A stretch of 64,000 nucleotides of DNA from Zootoca vivipara (taxonomy: Eukaryota). Positions within the stretch are counted from its first letter, which is position 1. The number at the start of each line of letters is the position of its first letter. Position numbers and translations under genes: made by a program. Positions 23,463-36,573 of this stretch are shown piece by piece. The DNA lies in contig NC_083283.1 of the NCBI RefSeq assembly GCF_963506605.1, forward strand, positions 6,758,001 to 6,822,000, given 5' to 3'. The notes below the pieces were generated by a model. It ran no database searches. It was not told the DNA's origin and saw only the letters and a list, made by a program, of their open reading frames with translations.

Positions 23463-26400
23463 TTACCAGAAGTTTTTCGAAATTTAGTATATAATTATAA
23501 TTTAGAAGATGTATGGAGAAAAGAAAATTTAAAAGAGAAAAAATTTACTTATTATTTGGGGGCAAAAAAATCAGCCTCTAGAATTGATATGATATGGCTT
23601 TCACCTAAACTGGTACAGATGATGGGGAAAACTTAAATTCTGGCTAAATCAATTACAGACCACAATCCAACAATGGTGAAAATTAAAGGGAAAGATATGA
23701 AAAACAGTAGGTGGAGAATGGATGAAAGGATATTAAATGATGAAGATTTTATAAAGAAAGTTAAAAAATTATTAAAGGAATTTTATGAGAAAAACATATC
23801 GGAAGAAGTAGAGCTAAAGACAACATGGGATGCGGGTAAGGCCTTCATAAGGGGACTGTATATACAACAAAAAAGTACAGTAAAAAAGGAAAGGGAAAAA
23901 ATATGGAAAAAATACAAAAGGAAATCAAAGAAAAGGAAAGGGAATTGGCAGGTAACCCAAAAAATGAAAATTTGAGAATGAGAGTGAAGGTATTACAAAA
24001 GGAACAATCCACACTGGTAGGACAAAAAATTGAGAATAAAATAAGATGGATTAAACAAAAAACATTTGAGTGGGGAGACAAGGTAGGGAAATTGCTAGCA
24101 TGGAAATTAAGGAAAAACCAAAAAGAGAGATTAATTACGGAAATAAAACATAAAGGAAAGAAATTGAGAAGGCAAGAGGAAATACAAAAATGCTTTAATC
24201 ATTATTATAAGAATTTATATGAGGAAAAGAAAATCGATTATGGGAAATTAGAGGAATATTTCTCAAAAAGGAGGAAAGAACAATTAACAGAAGAGGAGAG
24301 AGAAATGTTTAACAAACCAGTGTCAAAACAAGAGATATATGAAGCCATAAAAAAATTAACAGTGGGGAAATCACCAGGGACAGATGGTTTGTCGAGCCGT
24401 CATTATAAAATATTTAGAGAAGAATTAGGAGAAACTCTGCAAAAGGTGATGAATGATATTTTAGAAAATGGAGCTATACCCAGGTCATGGCAAGAAGGAT
24501 ATGTAGTATTAATTCCAAAAGGAGAGCAAGATGAAAGACAGGTAGGGGTTTTCAGGCCAATTTCGTTACTCAATGTCGATTATAAATTTTTTACTGATAT
24601 TTTAGCAACTAGATTGAAAAAAACATTAACCAGGATTATAGGTCAAGATCAACAAGGATTCCTACCGGGAAGAAAAATGGCAAAGAATGTGAGAGTTGTA
24701 TTGGATTTATTGGAATTTTTGGACTGGTTCCCGGGGGGAAAGGCAGCCTTTGTTTTTCTAGATATAGAAAAAGCCTTTGACTCTTTATCTTGGAATTTTA
24801 TGAAAAGATCATTAAAAGAAATTGGAATCGAGGGCAAATTTATGAGAGGAATCAATTCAATATATAAAAATCAAACGGCTAAACTGATCTTAAATGGAAA
24901 GGTATTGGAGGATTTTGCGATAAGGACAAGACAGGGCTGCCCCTTATCCCCCTTATTATTTATATTATCAATAGAATTCTTATTGGTGGATATTAAAAAA
25001 GAGGAGAAAATTGAAGGAATCGGAGTAAAAGACAAAAAAATTAAGATAAAAGCTTTTGCTGATGACATGATTGTGATGCTAGAAGAACCAAGGGATTCAA
25101 TAAAAAATTTAGAAGAGATGTTAATTTTTTTTTGAAGAACTATCAGGATTAAAGATTAATGAAAAAAAGACAAAAATGATGTTGAAAAATATGGGGCAGA
25201 TGGATAAGAGTAAATTGCAACAAATTTCAAATTGCGAAATTGTGAATAGATTTAAATATTTAGGTATCGTAATTAGTATTCATAATATCGATTTATATGA
25301 AAATAATTATGTAAAATTATGTAGGGAAGTAAAGAAAGACTTGGAGAGATGGAGGGACCTAAATCTTTCCTTCTCAGGTAGGATAGCAACAATAAAGATG
25401 TCAGTTTTACCTAGAATTTTATTTCTGTACCAAATGTTACCCATATTGGGGGGAAAAGAGACTTTTGAGGAGTGGAGGAAAGACCTGAGTAAATTTATAT
25501 GGCTGGATAGGAAACCAAGAATTCAATACAAATTACTTACAGACGTTAAAGAAAGAGGGGGGTGGGGGTCCCGGATTTGAGACTTTATTATGCATCATCG
25601 TGTATGTGCTGGCTCAAAGATTGGCTAACATTAGAGGATGAAGAGCTATTAGAGGTGGAAGGATTTAGAAACATATTTATTAGAAACAGAGAAAGGAAAA
25701 CATAGACAATTTAGCGGCCATGTGATTAAAAAATCAATATTTAAGATTTGGCAGGAATTTAAAAAATTAATAGAACCAAAGATACCCTGGTGGGTTTCAC
25801 CTTTTGAGATGACGGCCCTAGGGAGAAAGTGGAAAAAAGAAAAATGGTTGACATATCAGGACATTTTGGTAAGTGAGGATGGACAATGGAAGTTAAAACC
25901 ATATGAAGAAATTAAACAATATTGCAATAGTTGGCTGCAATATATGCAGATACAAAGCCTTTTCAAGGAACATAAAAAAATAGGATTTACAATTGGGAAG
26001 TCAAAATTACAAGAATTATTAATAGAAAATAAGGAGAAACCACTATCAAAAGTAAATTCCTTTTAGAGTGGGAGCTAAAAGATGAAGCAATTAAAGAGGT
26101 AATGACAAAATGGGCTCAAGATCTGGGGAGGCCGATTTATATGGCACAATGGGAGAGTATATGGAAGGTTTCGATGCGATTTACAGCTAGTATGAATATA
26201 AAAGAAAACATATTGAAACTCGTTTATAGATGGCACTTGACCCCGAATAAATTAGCAAAAATATATAGGAAGGATTTAGACAATTGTTGGAAGTGTGGTG
26301 AAAAAGGAGGAAATTACTTTCATTGTTGGTGGAGCTGTGAAAAAGTTTATAAATTGTGGGGTGAAATTTATGAAGAAAGGAAAAAATGTTGAGGGTGACT

Positions 26401-26963
26401 TTGGGGGAAAAGCCAGAGTATCCTTTACTGAGCATCATACCAGACAATATACTTGATGATAGGAAAAATATATTTTTATATGCGTGTGTAGCAGCAAGAC
26501 TACTGATTGCTCAGGAATGGAGGAAGAACGATCTACCCACAATTCAAGAATGGCAATTAAAAATGATCGAATTTATGAATCTAGAGAGAATGACGGCAGC
26601 AATTAGAAATACCTCTAAACAGAAATCCAAATTGGAATGGGGGTTTGTAGAAGAGTATTTTTTAAAAAAATGGTATAAAAACGGAGCTGGTGATCTGTTT
26701 AAATTAGATGGTCATGAGGAAAACAAAAATTGGAAAGTAAAAAAGATAAATCAAAGACATATATAATAAATGAAAGCAACACAAATTTAAAGTGAATTTA
26801 TAAGGTAAGCGATGTGAAATGACTGGGAAGGTAACCTTTTTTTCTTATTGGCAAGCATATATTGTATAACAAGATCTATACAAATGTTGTGATTTTTATG
26901 ATTTTATGTTGTTATATTTTATGAAATTTAAATAAAGATGATTTTTATTTTTTTTAAAAAAAG
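23463..26963 (+). mobile_element. 5'-truncated L1-clade LINE ORF2 (APE end, RT, C-terminal Cys/His knuckle) with stops and frameshifts
   Basis: SRIDMIW and TDHNP (APE end); KSPGTDG, FRPISLLNVDYK, FLDIEKAFD, RQGCPLSP, AFADD, FKYLG (RT); CWKC...HCWWSC. AATAAA and A-tail; 16-bp TSD AGCTCTTACTGTCAGG at 23447-23462 and 26964-26979. Confidence 0.93.
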
Positions 26964-27710
26964 AGCTCTTACTGTCAGGAAGTTCTTCCTAATGTTTAGG
27001 TAGAATCTTCTCTCTTGTAGCTTGAATCCATTGCTCCGTGTCCACTTCTCTGGAGCAGCAGAAAACAACCTTTCTCCCTCCTCTATATGACATCCTTTTA
27101 TATATTTGAACATGGCTATCATATCACCCCTTAACCTTCTCTTCTCCAGGCTAAACATACCCAGCTCCCTAAGCCATTCCTCATAAGGCATCATTTCCAG
27201 GCCTTTGACCATTTTGGTTGCCCTCTTCTAGACACGTTCCAGCTTGTCAGTATCCTTCTTGAACTGTGGTGCCCAGAACTGGGCACAGTACTCCAGGTGA
27301 GGTCTGACCAGAGCAGAATACAGTGGTAATATTACTTCCCTAGATCTAGATGCTATACTCCTATTGAAGCAGCCCAGAATTGCATTGGCTTTTTTAGCTG
27401 CTGCATCACACTGTTGACTCATGTCAAATTTGTGGTCTACCAAGACTCCTAGATCCTTTTCACATGTACTGCTCTCAAGCCAGGTGTCACCCATCCTGTA
27501 TTTGTGCCTTTCATTTTTTTTGCCCAAGTTTAATACTTTTACATTTCTCTTTGTTAAAATTCATCTTGTTTGCTTTGGCCCAGTTGTCTAATCTGTTAAG
27601 GTCATTTTGAAGTGTGATCCTGTCCTCTGGGGTATTAGTCACCCCTCCCAATTTGGTGTCATCTGCAAACTTGCTCAGGATGCCCTCAAGCCCATCATCC
27701 AAGTAATTGA
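26964..27710 (-). mobile_element. CR1 LINE RT 3' portion (right half)
   Basis: SKFADDTKLGG, EKDLGVLVD, PLYSALVRPHLEYC, EKRRLRGD peptides. Confidence 0.92.
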
Positions 27711-27803
27711 TGATGAAGACATACAAACTCTGAGATATAAGAAAGAAAATAAGGTAGAAATGAAACACAAGTGAGCAATAGAGAAATGAGAAAAAGGACA
27801 ATA

Positions 27804-28046
27804 CAGTGGTACCTCGGGTTACAGACGCTTCAGGTTACAGACACTTCGGGTTACAGACTCTGCTAACCCAGAAATAGTACCTCGGGTTAAGAACTTTGCT
27901 TCAGGATGAGAACAGAAATCGTGCAGTGGTGGTGCGGCGGCAGCGGGAGACCCCATTAGCTAAAGTGGTGTCTCAGGTTAAGAACAGTTTCAGGTTAAGA
28001 ATGGACCTCTGGAACGAATTAAGTTCTTAACCTGAGGTACCACTTG
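27804..28046. mobile_element. pogo/Tigger-type MITE
   Basis: TA-CAGTGGTACCTCGGGTT ... AACCTGAGGTACCAC(T)TG-TA. Confidence 0.85.
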
Positions 28047-28570
28047 TACATATGAGATAAACTATACAGGAATACAGAAACAATAGAAGATTTAGTAAGG
28101 CAAAACAATGGCCATATAAAGAATCAAAAATTTACAGACCAATAATGAGGGCCACACTCATAACCCTATTTACCTTCTGAGTAGACATGGTTACGATTGG
28201 TAATAACCAAGTGGCTATGAATTATTCATGTCCTCTGCCGTAAACTGCATCATCCTCATAGTTCCACCGGACTGAATTTATCAAACGTTTACTAAATAAA
28301 CTAGATGGCAGTTTAACTATCTGCTAGGAGGAGGGGATGACTATGGAGATCAGGGCTTCCTTGAACAAGGCTTTGCGAGGTCATAGACAGAATTTGGAAA
28401 AGTGGATCCAGTTTTAATAATAATTTATAATTTAGATGCCACCTATCTAACTGGGTTGCCACTCTGGGTGGCTTTCAACAGATGTAATTTTTTTTTAAAA
28501 AAATAGTCATTTCTAGAGGGCATTGACCTAAATCTGGGCCTGATAGCAAAGAGCGGGCATGGGCTGCCAC

Positions 28571-28837
28571 CAGGGGCATAGGAAGATAGGGGTGGTGGGG
28601 GCGGGGCGCCCCAGGCAGTGCGATCCCAGGGATGCCATCGCGGCTGCCCGCCCCACCCCTGGAACGCATGCCATGCCCCTCCGGGAGGCACTCCACACCC
28701 CTGGAACGCGTGTCACGCCCTTCCGGGAGGCGTGTCACGCCCCCAGAATGTGTGCCCTGCCTCTCCGGAAGGTGCGCCCTGCCCCCAGAACTGACGCCAG
28801 CCCCGCCCCTGTGCTGGAGCATGAAGCTCCGCCCCTG
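28571..28837. mobile_element. GC-rich hAT-type MITE
   Basis: CAGGGGC...GCCCCTG termini; perfect 8-bp TSD GCTGCCAC. A related copy lies at 62112-62371. Confidence 0.88.
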
Positions 28838-29439
28838 GCTGCCACCACAGTCAGCATGAGCAAGGGGCTGCAGTTATGGTGGACCTACATTTTTGGGGCC
28901 CTGAAGCTTGAATTGTTATGGGGGGCCCTTTGCAACCAGAAGCAAAGTCTAAGTAACCATTGTTATTTTCTTCAATGGGGTAGTTCCATAACATATCACC
29001 ATATCTTTATAACATTCATGCTACAGACTCTAAAACTTTGGGATTGTTGAAATAGATACAACAAAAAATTAATCAATTTGAATTGTGTGACTCAAAATGG
29101 GTCTACTAGATCCAAGATTTTAAACAATGTAGACTAAAGTTGCTTCTGGGTTGGCTGTAACTCCAAGAAATATTATGACAGTTGTTGGTGGAGAGAGATG
29201 CCCAACCCATTGGACAATATAGGGTTGAAGAAATCTATGTTCACACATATTTTCCATCCAAGCTCCATCTTCACAATAGTGCTATTTCCAAAGCAAACAT
29301 TAAAATGCAGAACTCCTAAAGTGAAACTTTTGACAATAGATAGAAAGGAATTACAAGAAGACACTCAAACAACAGATTATTATCTATACATCATGGTGAT
29401 CATGATAATACAGAAGTTGGCAACGCTTGTCTTAAGCTT

Positions 29440-30400
29440 TTAAGCCATCATAACTGAGTTTTCAGTTCCAGACTTCGACTCTTCCAAAACTGAGTTTTCA
29501 GTTCTGGACACTGACTCTTCCACGCAGTCCTCCGCATCCTTGAAAATCCTCTGGAGTGCAACTTTCATGGAGACCCTGGACTGGCCCTTCTTCTGTCCCC
29601 TCCCAACTAGGAAATAGATCACCGGGTTGACACTACAATTCAGAGAGGCACACACAAAACCAACTTCCATTAGAAATATATTGTTCTCATTAAAATAGAT
29701 GGCAGTGTAAATGGCATTTAGTGGGAAAGCAAAGATGAGGAAGAAAAGAAGGGCAAGCAAAATAGTGGTGAGCAGCTTCCCACGCTGCTTCTGCTCTGAT
29801 TTGCAGCAGACTTTGAGGGCCAGTATCAGAGTGGAGGTGACCATCAGAGGAGTGCAAATGAGGGCATTTACAATAAGCTGGTACACTAAGTTAGAAGTTG
29901 GAAAGCTCTGAGTCAGTAGGAGAGTAAGGTGAGTGCCTGAGAGCAGGAAAGAGAGGGACCAAATCAGGGCACAGATAATGGTGGATAAACGTGGTGGTCG
30001 GTGGCATCGATGCCAAAGTGGGAAGAGGACAGCCACAGACCTGTCAATGCTGATGGCTGTCAGTAGAAACTGGCCTGCAGAATACGTGAAGAAAAATAGT
30101 TCAAATAATACTTTTCTGATCAAAACAGCAACATGGGATTTCTCATAGAGAGTTACAATAGGCAAAATAATACTGAGGAGAGCTGCAAGGACACCAAAGT
30201 CAGCGATGGAGAGGTTCAGGATGTAGGTGGTGAAAGGATTCCTCTTAATGTGGAAGCCCAGAAGCCGGATGACCATTCCATTCCCCAGGAAGCCAAAGAT
30301 GCAGATTATGAAAAAGGCACTGTTGGCAATGCTTTGTGCTAACTTCAAAGAAACAGCTGAGCCATCATCTGAATCACCTATTTTCTCAAAATATAGTTCC
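29440..30400 (-). CDS. MAS/MRGPR-like GPCR paralogue 1, main 7TM exon (predicted spliced protein 328 aa)
   Basis: GFLGNG, IKRNPFTTYILNLSIADF, TAISIDRS, NCSVNPVIYFLVG. The frame stays open upstream of the TTG to an acceptor (TACTGAC..CCTTTTATCTCTTCCAG, AG at 30401-30402, phase 2), with an in-frame stop just beyond it. Confidence 0.9.
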
Positions 30401-30643
30401 CTGGAAGAGATAAAAGGATCTCAGTCAGTACCCGATATGTATTAATATGGATGATGTCTAGGTTCACCTTCACTAACTCTAAAGTCAGCATGGCCCAATC
30501 AGTGATCAATCTCATCAGTAAAGAGATAATAGCACTTTCTTTTTGTCTAAATCGATACCTGAGTCGCTATGGCAGTACACCTTTTCCTGGAACCTTCAAA
30601 GTAAACTGGTAGCTTTTCCATTTTTACTACTATTGAGTAAATA

Positions 30644-31070
30644 CAGTGGAACCTCGGTTTATGAACACCTTGGTTTACAAATTTTCGGTTTACGAACGCT
30701 GTGGACCCATCTGGAACGCATTAATTCACTTTCCATTACTTTCAATGGGAAAGTTTGCTTCAGTTTATGAACACTTCGGTTTATGAACAGACTTCCGGAA
30801 CCAATTACACCCATGCTTTGGGTTAAGTACACTTCAGGTTGAGTACTCCGCAGGCCCATCTGGAACGGATTAATCCACTTTCCATTACTTTCAATGGGAA
30901 AGTTCGCTTCAGTTTATGAACGCTTCAATTTAAGTACTCCACGGACCGTCTGGAACAGATTAATCCACTTTCCATTACTTTCAATGAGAAAGTTCGCTTC
31001 AGTTTATGAACGCTTCAGTTTATGAACAGACTTCCAGAACCAATTGTGTTCATAAACCGAGGTACCACTG
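30644..31070. mobile_element. pogo/Tigger-type MITE with three internal ~90-130 bp repeats
   Basis: TIR CAGTGG(A/T)ACCTCGGTTTATGAACAC; TA TSD; empty site in the paralogous unit at ~41198. Confidence 0.88.
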
Positions 31071-31119
31071 TATTGACACAAAGTAGATGAAATGTTGAGG
31101 TTCAATAGCAAGTTAGGAA

Positions 31120-32290
31120 ATAGCTAACACTATTCAAGGCTGTATCAACAGAAGTATAGTGGCAGGATTGAGGGAAATAATAGTACCACACTATTCTGTC
31201 TTGGTCGGACCACATCTGGAATACTGTGTCCAATTCTGGGCACCCCAATTTAAGAAGGATTTTGACAGGCTGGAACATGTGCAGAGGAGGGCAACCAAGA
31301 TGATCAAGAGTCAGGAAACCAAGCCTTATGAGGAGCAGTTGAAGGTATGTTTAGCCTGAAAAAGAGGGGACTGAGAGAAGATATGAGAGCCATCTTCAAA
31401 TATCTTAAAGAAGGCATTGAGTTACAGGAGGATCTGTCCTGGAGTGTTAATACAAGGGGGCTTGTGAAGAAGGCGCAGCAGAGACTGTATTTTTTGAGAA
31501 TTTTAAGGAAAAACCATCTTCCACAAAAGCTGCTGCTTGCCTTCTATCACTGTGCCATACAGAGCATGCTCACGTACGGTTTATGTGTGTGGTACGGAAG
31601 CTGTACTTCCCAGGACAGAGCAGGGCTGTGTAGAATTATTAAAACAGCAGAGAGCATTATTGGCTGCTCACTCACCACCTTAGAACAAATTTACACCACC
31701 AGGTGCCATAGAAAAGCACTAGATATATCAAGAGATCCAACGCACCCTGGTCACCATTTCTTTCAGCTCCTGCCATCGGGACGGAGATATAGAACAATGC
31801 AGGCAAGAACGAGCCGTCTCAGGAACAGTTTCTTCTCTAGAGCAATTTTGGCCTTAAATGGAAAGCCCGGACTTTGAAGTCATCTTATTTTACTTGTTAT
31901 TTTGTAGTATAATTACTGTTTTTAATTAGCTTTTTGTAATTTTGGATTATGCGGAATGCTTTATCTGAGTGGATGTAGCAACCGAGTAATTTCGTTGTTC
32001 CCGCAAGGGGACAATGACAATAAAGATATCTTATCTTAAGGGCTATCACATGGAAGAGAATAGGACTCAAACCAATAGCTTCAAGTTGAAGGAGATTCTG
32101 ACAAAACATTCCAAAAAACTTTCTGACAGTTAGAGCTGTTCAACAGTGGAACAGACTCCCTCATGAGATTATGGACTCCCCTTCATTGGAGGCTTTTAAG
32201 CAGAGTTTGGATGGCCATCTGTCATGGATGCTTTAGCTGAGATTCCTGCATTACCGGGGGTTGGACTAGATGACCCTTGGTGTCCTTCCA
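31120..32290 (+). mobile_element. Old CR1 fragment in the intron, duplicated with the unit (also 41260-41785, 44560-45200, 51462-52130)
   Basis: [32 protein letters not shown] peptide, in whole or part, in each copy. Confidence 0.85.
31409..32031 (+). mobile_element. Rex1/Babar LINE 3' fragment inserted into CR1
   Basis: GIELQEDLSWS..KKAQQRLYFLR..HPGHHFFQLLPSGRRYR..RLRNSFF; flanked by a TATCTTAA duplication; empty site at ~41528. Confidence 0.9.
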
Positions 32291-32755
32291 AGTTGATCTT
32301 ATCACAAAATAAGGGAACTTTGAGTTCCAAAGCAAGGCAGTGTCATACCCCAACATTATCAGTTAGGAAATGATTCTCATAACAGGGAAAACATTTTTCC
32401 TAGAGGTTTTCCTGGAAAACTACAAATTCAAATACATTTCCAAATAAAGAGAAAGCACCATTTTTTCTTTAATCCAAAATTGTTGGATTATGTTAATCCA
32501 ACTGAATGAAGTGTGTTCATTTTTCGAAACAGCACAAACAATACATTAAAAAAATAACATGAAGTTATTTCTTTTGAATCGCGAAATTGCTGCAGAATTC
32601 AAAACGTGAGAAATTGAGAGAACCCAAAATGGAAATCTCCACTTATCCCTATGGAGACTATAAAAGGAAGTTATGGTCCTGTTTTAGGTGTGTGTTGAAG
32701 TTAATGTATACAGTGCTAATACTGAACAAGAAATTATTGTTTAAAATGCACTTAC

Positions 32756-32766
32756 CCCGCTAGATA
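32756..32766 (-). CDS. Predicted 11-nt coding microexon B1 (TAT CTA GCG GG; YLAG) of paralogue 1
   Basis: Branch-like CTAAT, ~50-nt AG-free pyrimidine-rich tract, AAG acceptor and GTAAGT donor; bridges phase 0 to phase 2. Confidence 0.62.
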
Positions 32767-33079
32767 CTTCATATTTTTGAAGAAGAGGATTTATGTAAGA
32801 GAAAATAAAATTACAATTAGAATCCAGTTACAGAGGCTACTTTTGGTTTAACAGATTGGTTGTTTATAGCAACTGAGCAAAGAGGTCAAGGGAAAAAAAG
32901 AATGCAAAGATACGGTATTTTAATTTTAATAAAGTGCATTGCAATTTTACAAAGCAAATATACGTACTGAATCATAGTAGATAACATTGGAGAACATTTT
33001 ATAATAGCGTGGTGCATGTATGTTGCATGAGATACTCTTACAGTGCATTCAATATGACCTTAACAGATTGTAGAACTGG

Positions 33080-33463
33080 GCCCAAACAAAATGAATTTCA
33101 ATAGGGGGACCAGTTTCAGGTTCTACACAGTTGCACATATATAAGATAAGGGAAACCTGTCTCGCCACTAGTACATGTGAAAAGGATCTAGGGGTCTTAG
33201 TAGACCAAAAGCTTCACCCGTCAGCCATGTGGTGTAGCAGGAAAAAGCTGCTTCTTTCTAGGCTGCATCAACAGACATATAGTTCCTAATCAAGGGAAGT
33301 AATACTGTAGTTCCATTCTTTTCTGCCTTGGTCAAACCACACCTGTAATACTGTGTCCAGTTCTGGGTGCCACAATTTAAGAATTATATTGAAAAGCTGG
33401 AGCCTGTTCAGGGTGTGTGTGTGACCAAGATAACTAAATAATATGATATTGGGGAGTTGTGAT

Positions 33464-33494
<31 letters not shown>

Positions 33495-33970
33495 GCTGTA
33501 ATTGTGTTGGCACTCAATTTCGTTGTACTACGTTCAATGACAATAAAGTATTTATCTTATATCTTATCTTATCATCTTATCTTATCTTATCTTATATCTT
33601 ATCATCTTATCTTCTTATCTTCTTATCTTCTTATCTTATAATCGGGGGGGGGGGGTCTGGAAACCAAGCCTTATGAGGAATTGTTGAGGGAGTTGGGCAT
33701 GTTTAGCCTGGGGCAGAGGAGACTCAGAGGAAATAGAGAGGAGAACAGAATCGTAGAACTGTAGAGTTGGATAAGACCCCATGGGTCATCTAGTGCAGCA
33801 CCCTTTAGATATTAAAGGGCTGTTACATAGAAGATGGAGCCAACTTGTTTTCTCCTGCCTTGGAGGACAGGACCTGACCCAATGGATGTTGGATGAAAAT
33901 CTACACTGCAGGTGGTAGGACCAGAAGACCGTCAGAGTCCCTTCCAACTCTACAATTCTATGATTCTATG
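33080..33970 (+). mobile_element. Second old CR1 fragment duplicated with the unit (also 43100-43895, 45870-46615, 53200-53995, 55812-56147)
   Basis: EKDLGVLVD, LVKPHL.YCVQFW and QRRLRG remnants; TTCTATGATTCTATG tail. Confidence 0.8.
33432..33637 (+). mobile_element. Rex1-type 3' UTR fragment with (TG)n and (TATCT)n tail inserted in CR1
   Basis: TTTCGTTGTAC..AATGACAATAAAG plus (TATCT)n, as at the 3' ends of the other Rex1 copies; absent at paralogous sites 43483, 46214 and 53582. Confidence 0.7.
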
Positions 33971-34277
33971 TATCTAGAATATATATATATATTTCTTTAC
34001 ACATTATCATTGAATACCTACCTGCTTAACCTTATTTGGTTTTAGGCTTTTAGAATGTTTGGGAGTGTCAATGGCTGAATTGGACAGACAACCGCTTCAT
34101 TTTCTCTTCTGCAAGCTGCTATAAGTGTCAAGCCCCACCCCAACTCATGAAAACATGCAGAGAGAAATTGCCACGATATCAGAAAGTAAGCACCTAAATC
34201 ATCATCATAGAAAAGCAAATGGGGAAGCAATTGAACAAGCAGATCTACAAAGAGAGTTTTTCTGCAAGAGTGCTTAC

Positions 34278-34292
34278 CTTGCTATAATTCAT
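34278..34292 (-). CDS. Predicted start-codon exon A2, coding part (MNYSK), paralogue 1
   Basis: ATG AAT TAT AGC AAG|GTAAGC. The ATG and donor are conserved in all six copies, and four encode an N-x-S sequon. Confidence 0.65.
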
Positions 34293-36525
34293 TATGGGAA
34301 TATCCAAAAAAATGAACTGGTCCCGCAAGAAACCCAAGCTACAGTTGTAGCTAGAACAGCTTCCAACGCATAATAAGCTAGTTAGCAAAGTAATTAAGTG
34401 GAAAACGAAAGAGGAAACTGAATCACCAGCTAATTTTGAAATGTATCCTGGTATTGTCCCAGCATCAACACAGGAAGTCGGTGTTAGAGAAAGAAGAATG
34501 GAGCTTTTAATGTTTACTGTGCTTGATGCCAGGCTGTGCTGTTGTGGTTCACCCCTTTCCTGCTTCATTTGGCCTCCGCACTGATGCACCAAATGAGGAG
34601 ACCCCCAGCGGCAGACGGGGAAGGACAGGAAGCTGTGGACAGGGCCTGCCAGAACATGCCTGGACAGAACAAGAATCCTCATGGAAGATGGCACCTGTGT
34701 TGGGGCACCTGGTTCACACCCTCTCAAAATTGTGTGCCTGGAGCCATGCCACCTCCCCACCTGGCTATAACCATTTCCTTCCTCATGGATAACAAAGTGG
34801 AGTGAGTAATCCATGGGATAGGAAGTGTTCTATCATCTCTAATCCCCCTGGCCCCCAATATGACTATGGATAACTTTTTTGATTGATTAGCCACTTGTTA
34901 CATATGACATATGTTCAGAGGCATGTAGAGGAGTGTTCATAGTGGCAAGTCCAGGTGTAGGAATTTCATCAAATTTCATCTGAAATGAACATTTGAAGAA
35001 AATGTTGGGGTAGTCCTTTCATGCAAAACATCTAAGCAATATTTTTGAGTTTTATACATCAAGTCTTAAAGATGGTGTGATGATGATGATTTTTTCTTCC
35101 TCATTTTGCTGGCAGATTGTCCCTCGGGGAAGCACCCCTCTCCTTTTTACTGACGATTCAGTTTCTGCAAGAGCTTGTGTTTTTCAAGAAGTTTCCTTGA
35201 TATGAGGTTTGTTACATATGCTTCATTATCAGCTTTCAACCGCAGGAAGTATCTCACCAGTTAATCTGCTGATTTGTGTGCATAGTTGCCATGGCCAAAT
35301 CTCTTCAAAAACTAGCATTGTGTTGTCAAGAGCATTTGTCCTGTAACTGCATGCATTTTTGGGTGTGTATCAGAGTGCAGAATCAACAATATGGTTTATT
35401 CCCCTCACTCCCAAATAGTAGATACAGTGCTACCTCTGGTCAAGAACTGAATTCGTTCCGGAGGTCCGTTCTTATCCTGAAACCGTTCTTAACATGAGGT
35501 ACCACTTTAGCTAATTGGGCCTCCTGATGCCACCGTGCTGCCGCCGTGCAATTTCTGTTCTCATCCTGAGGTAAAGTTCTTAACCCGAGGTACTACTTCC
35601 AGGTTAGTGGAGTCTGTAACCTGAAGTGTTAGTGGACAATGGCACTTGTGACATTTTTGTGTGATGATGGTGGCCCAGCCACTTGAAATTCTGCTGCTCC
35701 CTGCACTGATGTCACTTAGATATAAGCTAAAAACAGATTTTTCCATAGACTTTTGGAAATAGTTGTTAACACTCAGCAGGCCTGGGTTTGATAAAATTAC
35801 AGGATCATTCTAATCCAAGGCCTGTAGGAATTAGCAAATTTGGAATAGGTGGACTTTAGGCTACACCAACATAGCTCAACCTGGCTCTGCTCCTGGTTCA
35901 ACCAGAGGTCCACTGCAGTGTAAGATCTGACAAATCTTGCCATATAGGCTGTTAGCAACATGCAGGGTGGCCTGAAAACAGCTCGCTCCAGTGAGTGTTA
36001 GGGAGTCATTCATCCACAAACAGGGAGAAGTTTCCAGAACAGTCGTATATAAGTGGGAGAGGCACTCCGAGCATGCACAGCTTCAGTTGTAAGTGCCAAT
36101 AAAAGGAGAACTAGACGACTGACTGTTGAATGATTGTGTAAAATTGTCATTATTGTTTCACTGTACCTTTAAGAGTCAGGAAAGATCTAGTGGCTGGAGT
36201 TCTGCAGCTGTGGAGCACCTCCGCAGGTGTTGCTGTGAAGCTGATGATGCAGGGTATATCAGGGGTGTTGTGTGTTGCCTCTGTGCTGGGCGATTTCCCA
36301 GTGTGCTCTTGGTGGGTGGTTTGGTTGTGTGGGTGGTTTGTGTAAGCCTAATTTATTTTTTGATATTTTTACTTTCTCCATTAAACCAAGCATTTGTTTA
36401 AGTCTTGGTGAGACTCTATGTGTAAGTCCCTCAGCCAGCTTCTGCTGATGCAACTCAATTGCTTCTAACCCTAACATCTTGGTTATGGGCCCAGTGGTTG
36501 AGCGTGGAACTGCACATGTTATAAT

Positions 36526-36529
<4 letters not shown>

Positions 36530-36573
<44 letters not shown>

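Noticed and set aside
30378-30491. ATG at 30491 as an unspliced start for paralogue 1
   Set aside because: Different frame from the receptor; it stops after 37 codons.
30556-30595. Alternative small exon with donor CAG|GTATCG close to the 7TM acceptor
   Set aside because: Absent upstream of paralogue 3 and not conserved at 54.5 kb; the longer versions give a stop or the wrong phase.
30700-31030. Regularly spaced repeats resembling a CRISPR array
   Set aside because: Internal repeats of a Tigger-type MITE in a vertebrate genome; no unique spacers and no cas genes.
34245-34814. 189-aa ORF in frame with the A2 donor, suggesting a long N-terminal domain
   Set aside because: The paralogous regions at 47.1-47.6 and 56.3-56.5 kb carry frame-breaking indels and the peptide has no recognisable features. 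Only the last ATG (MNYSK) is conserved.
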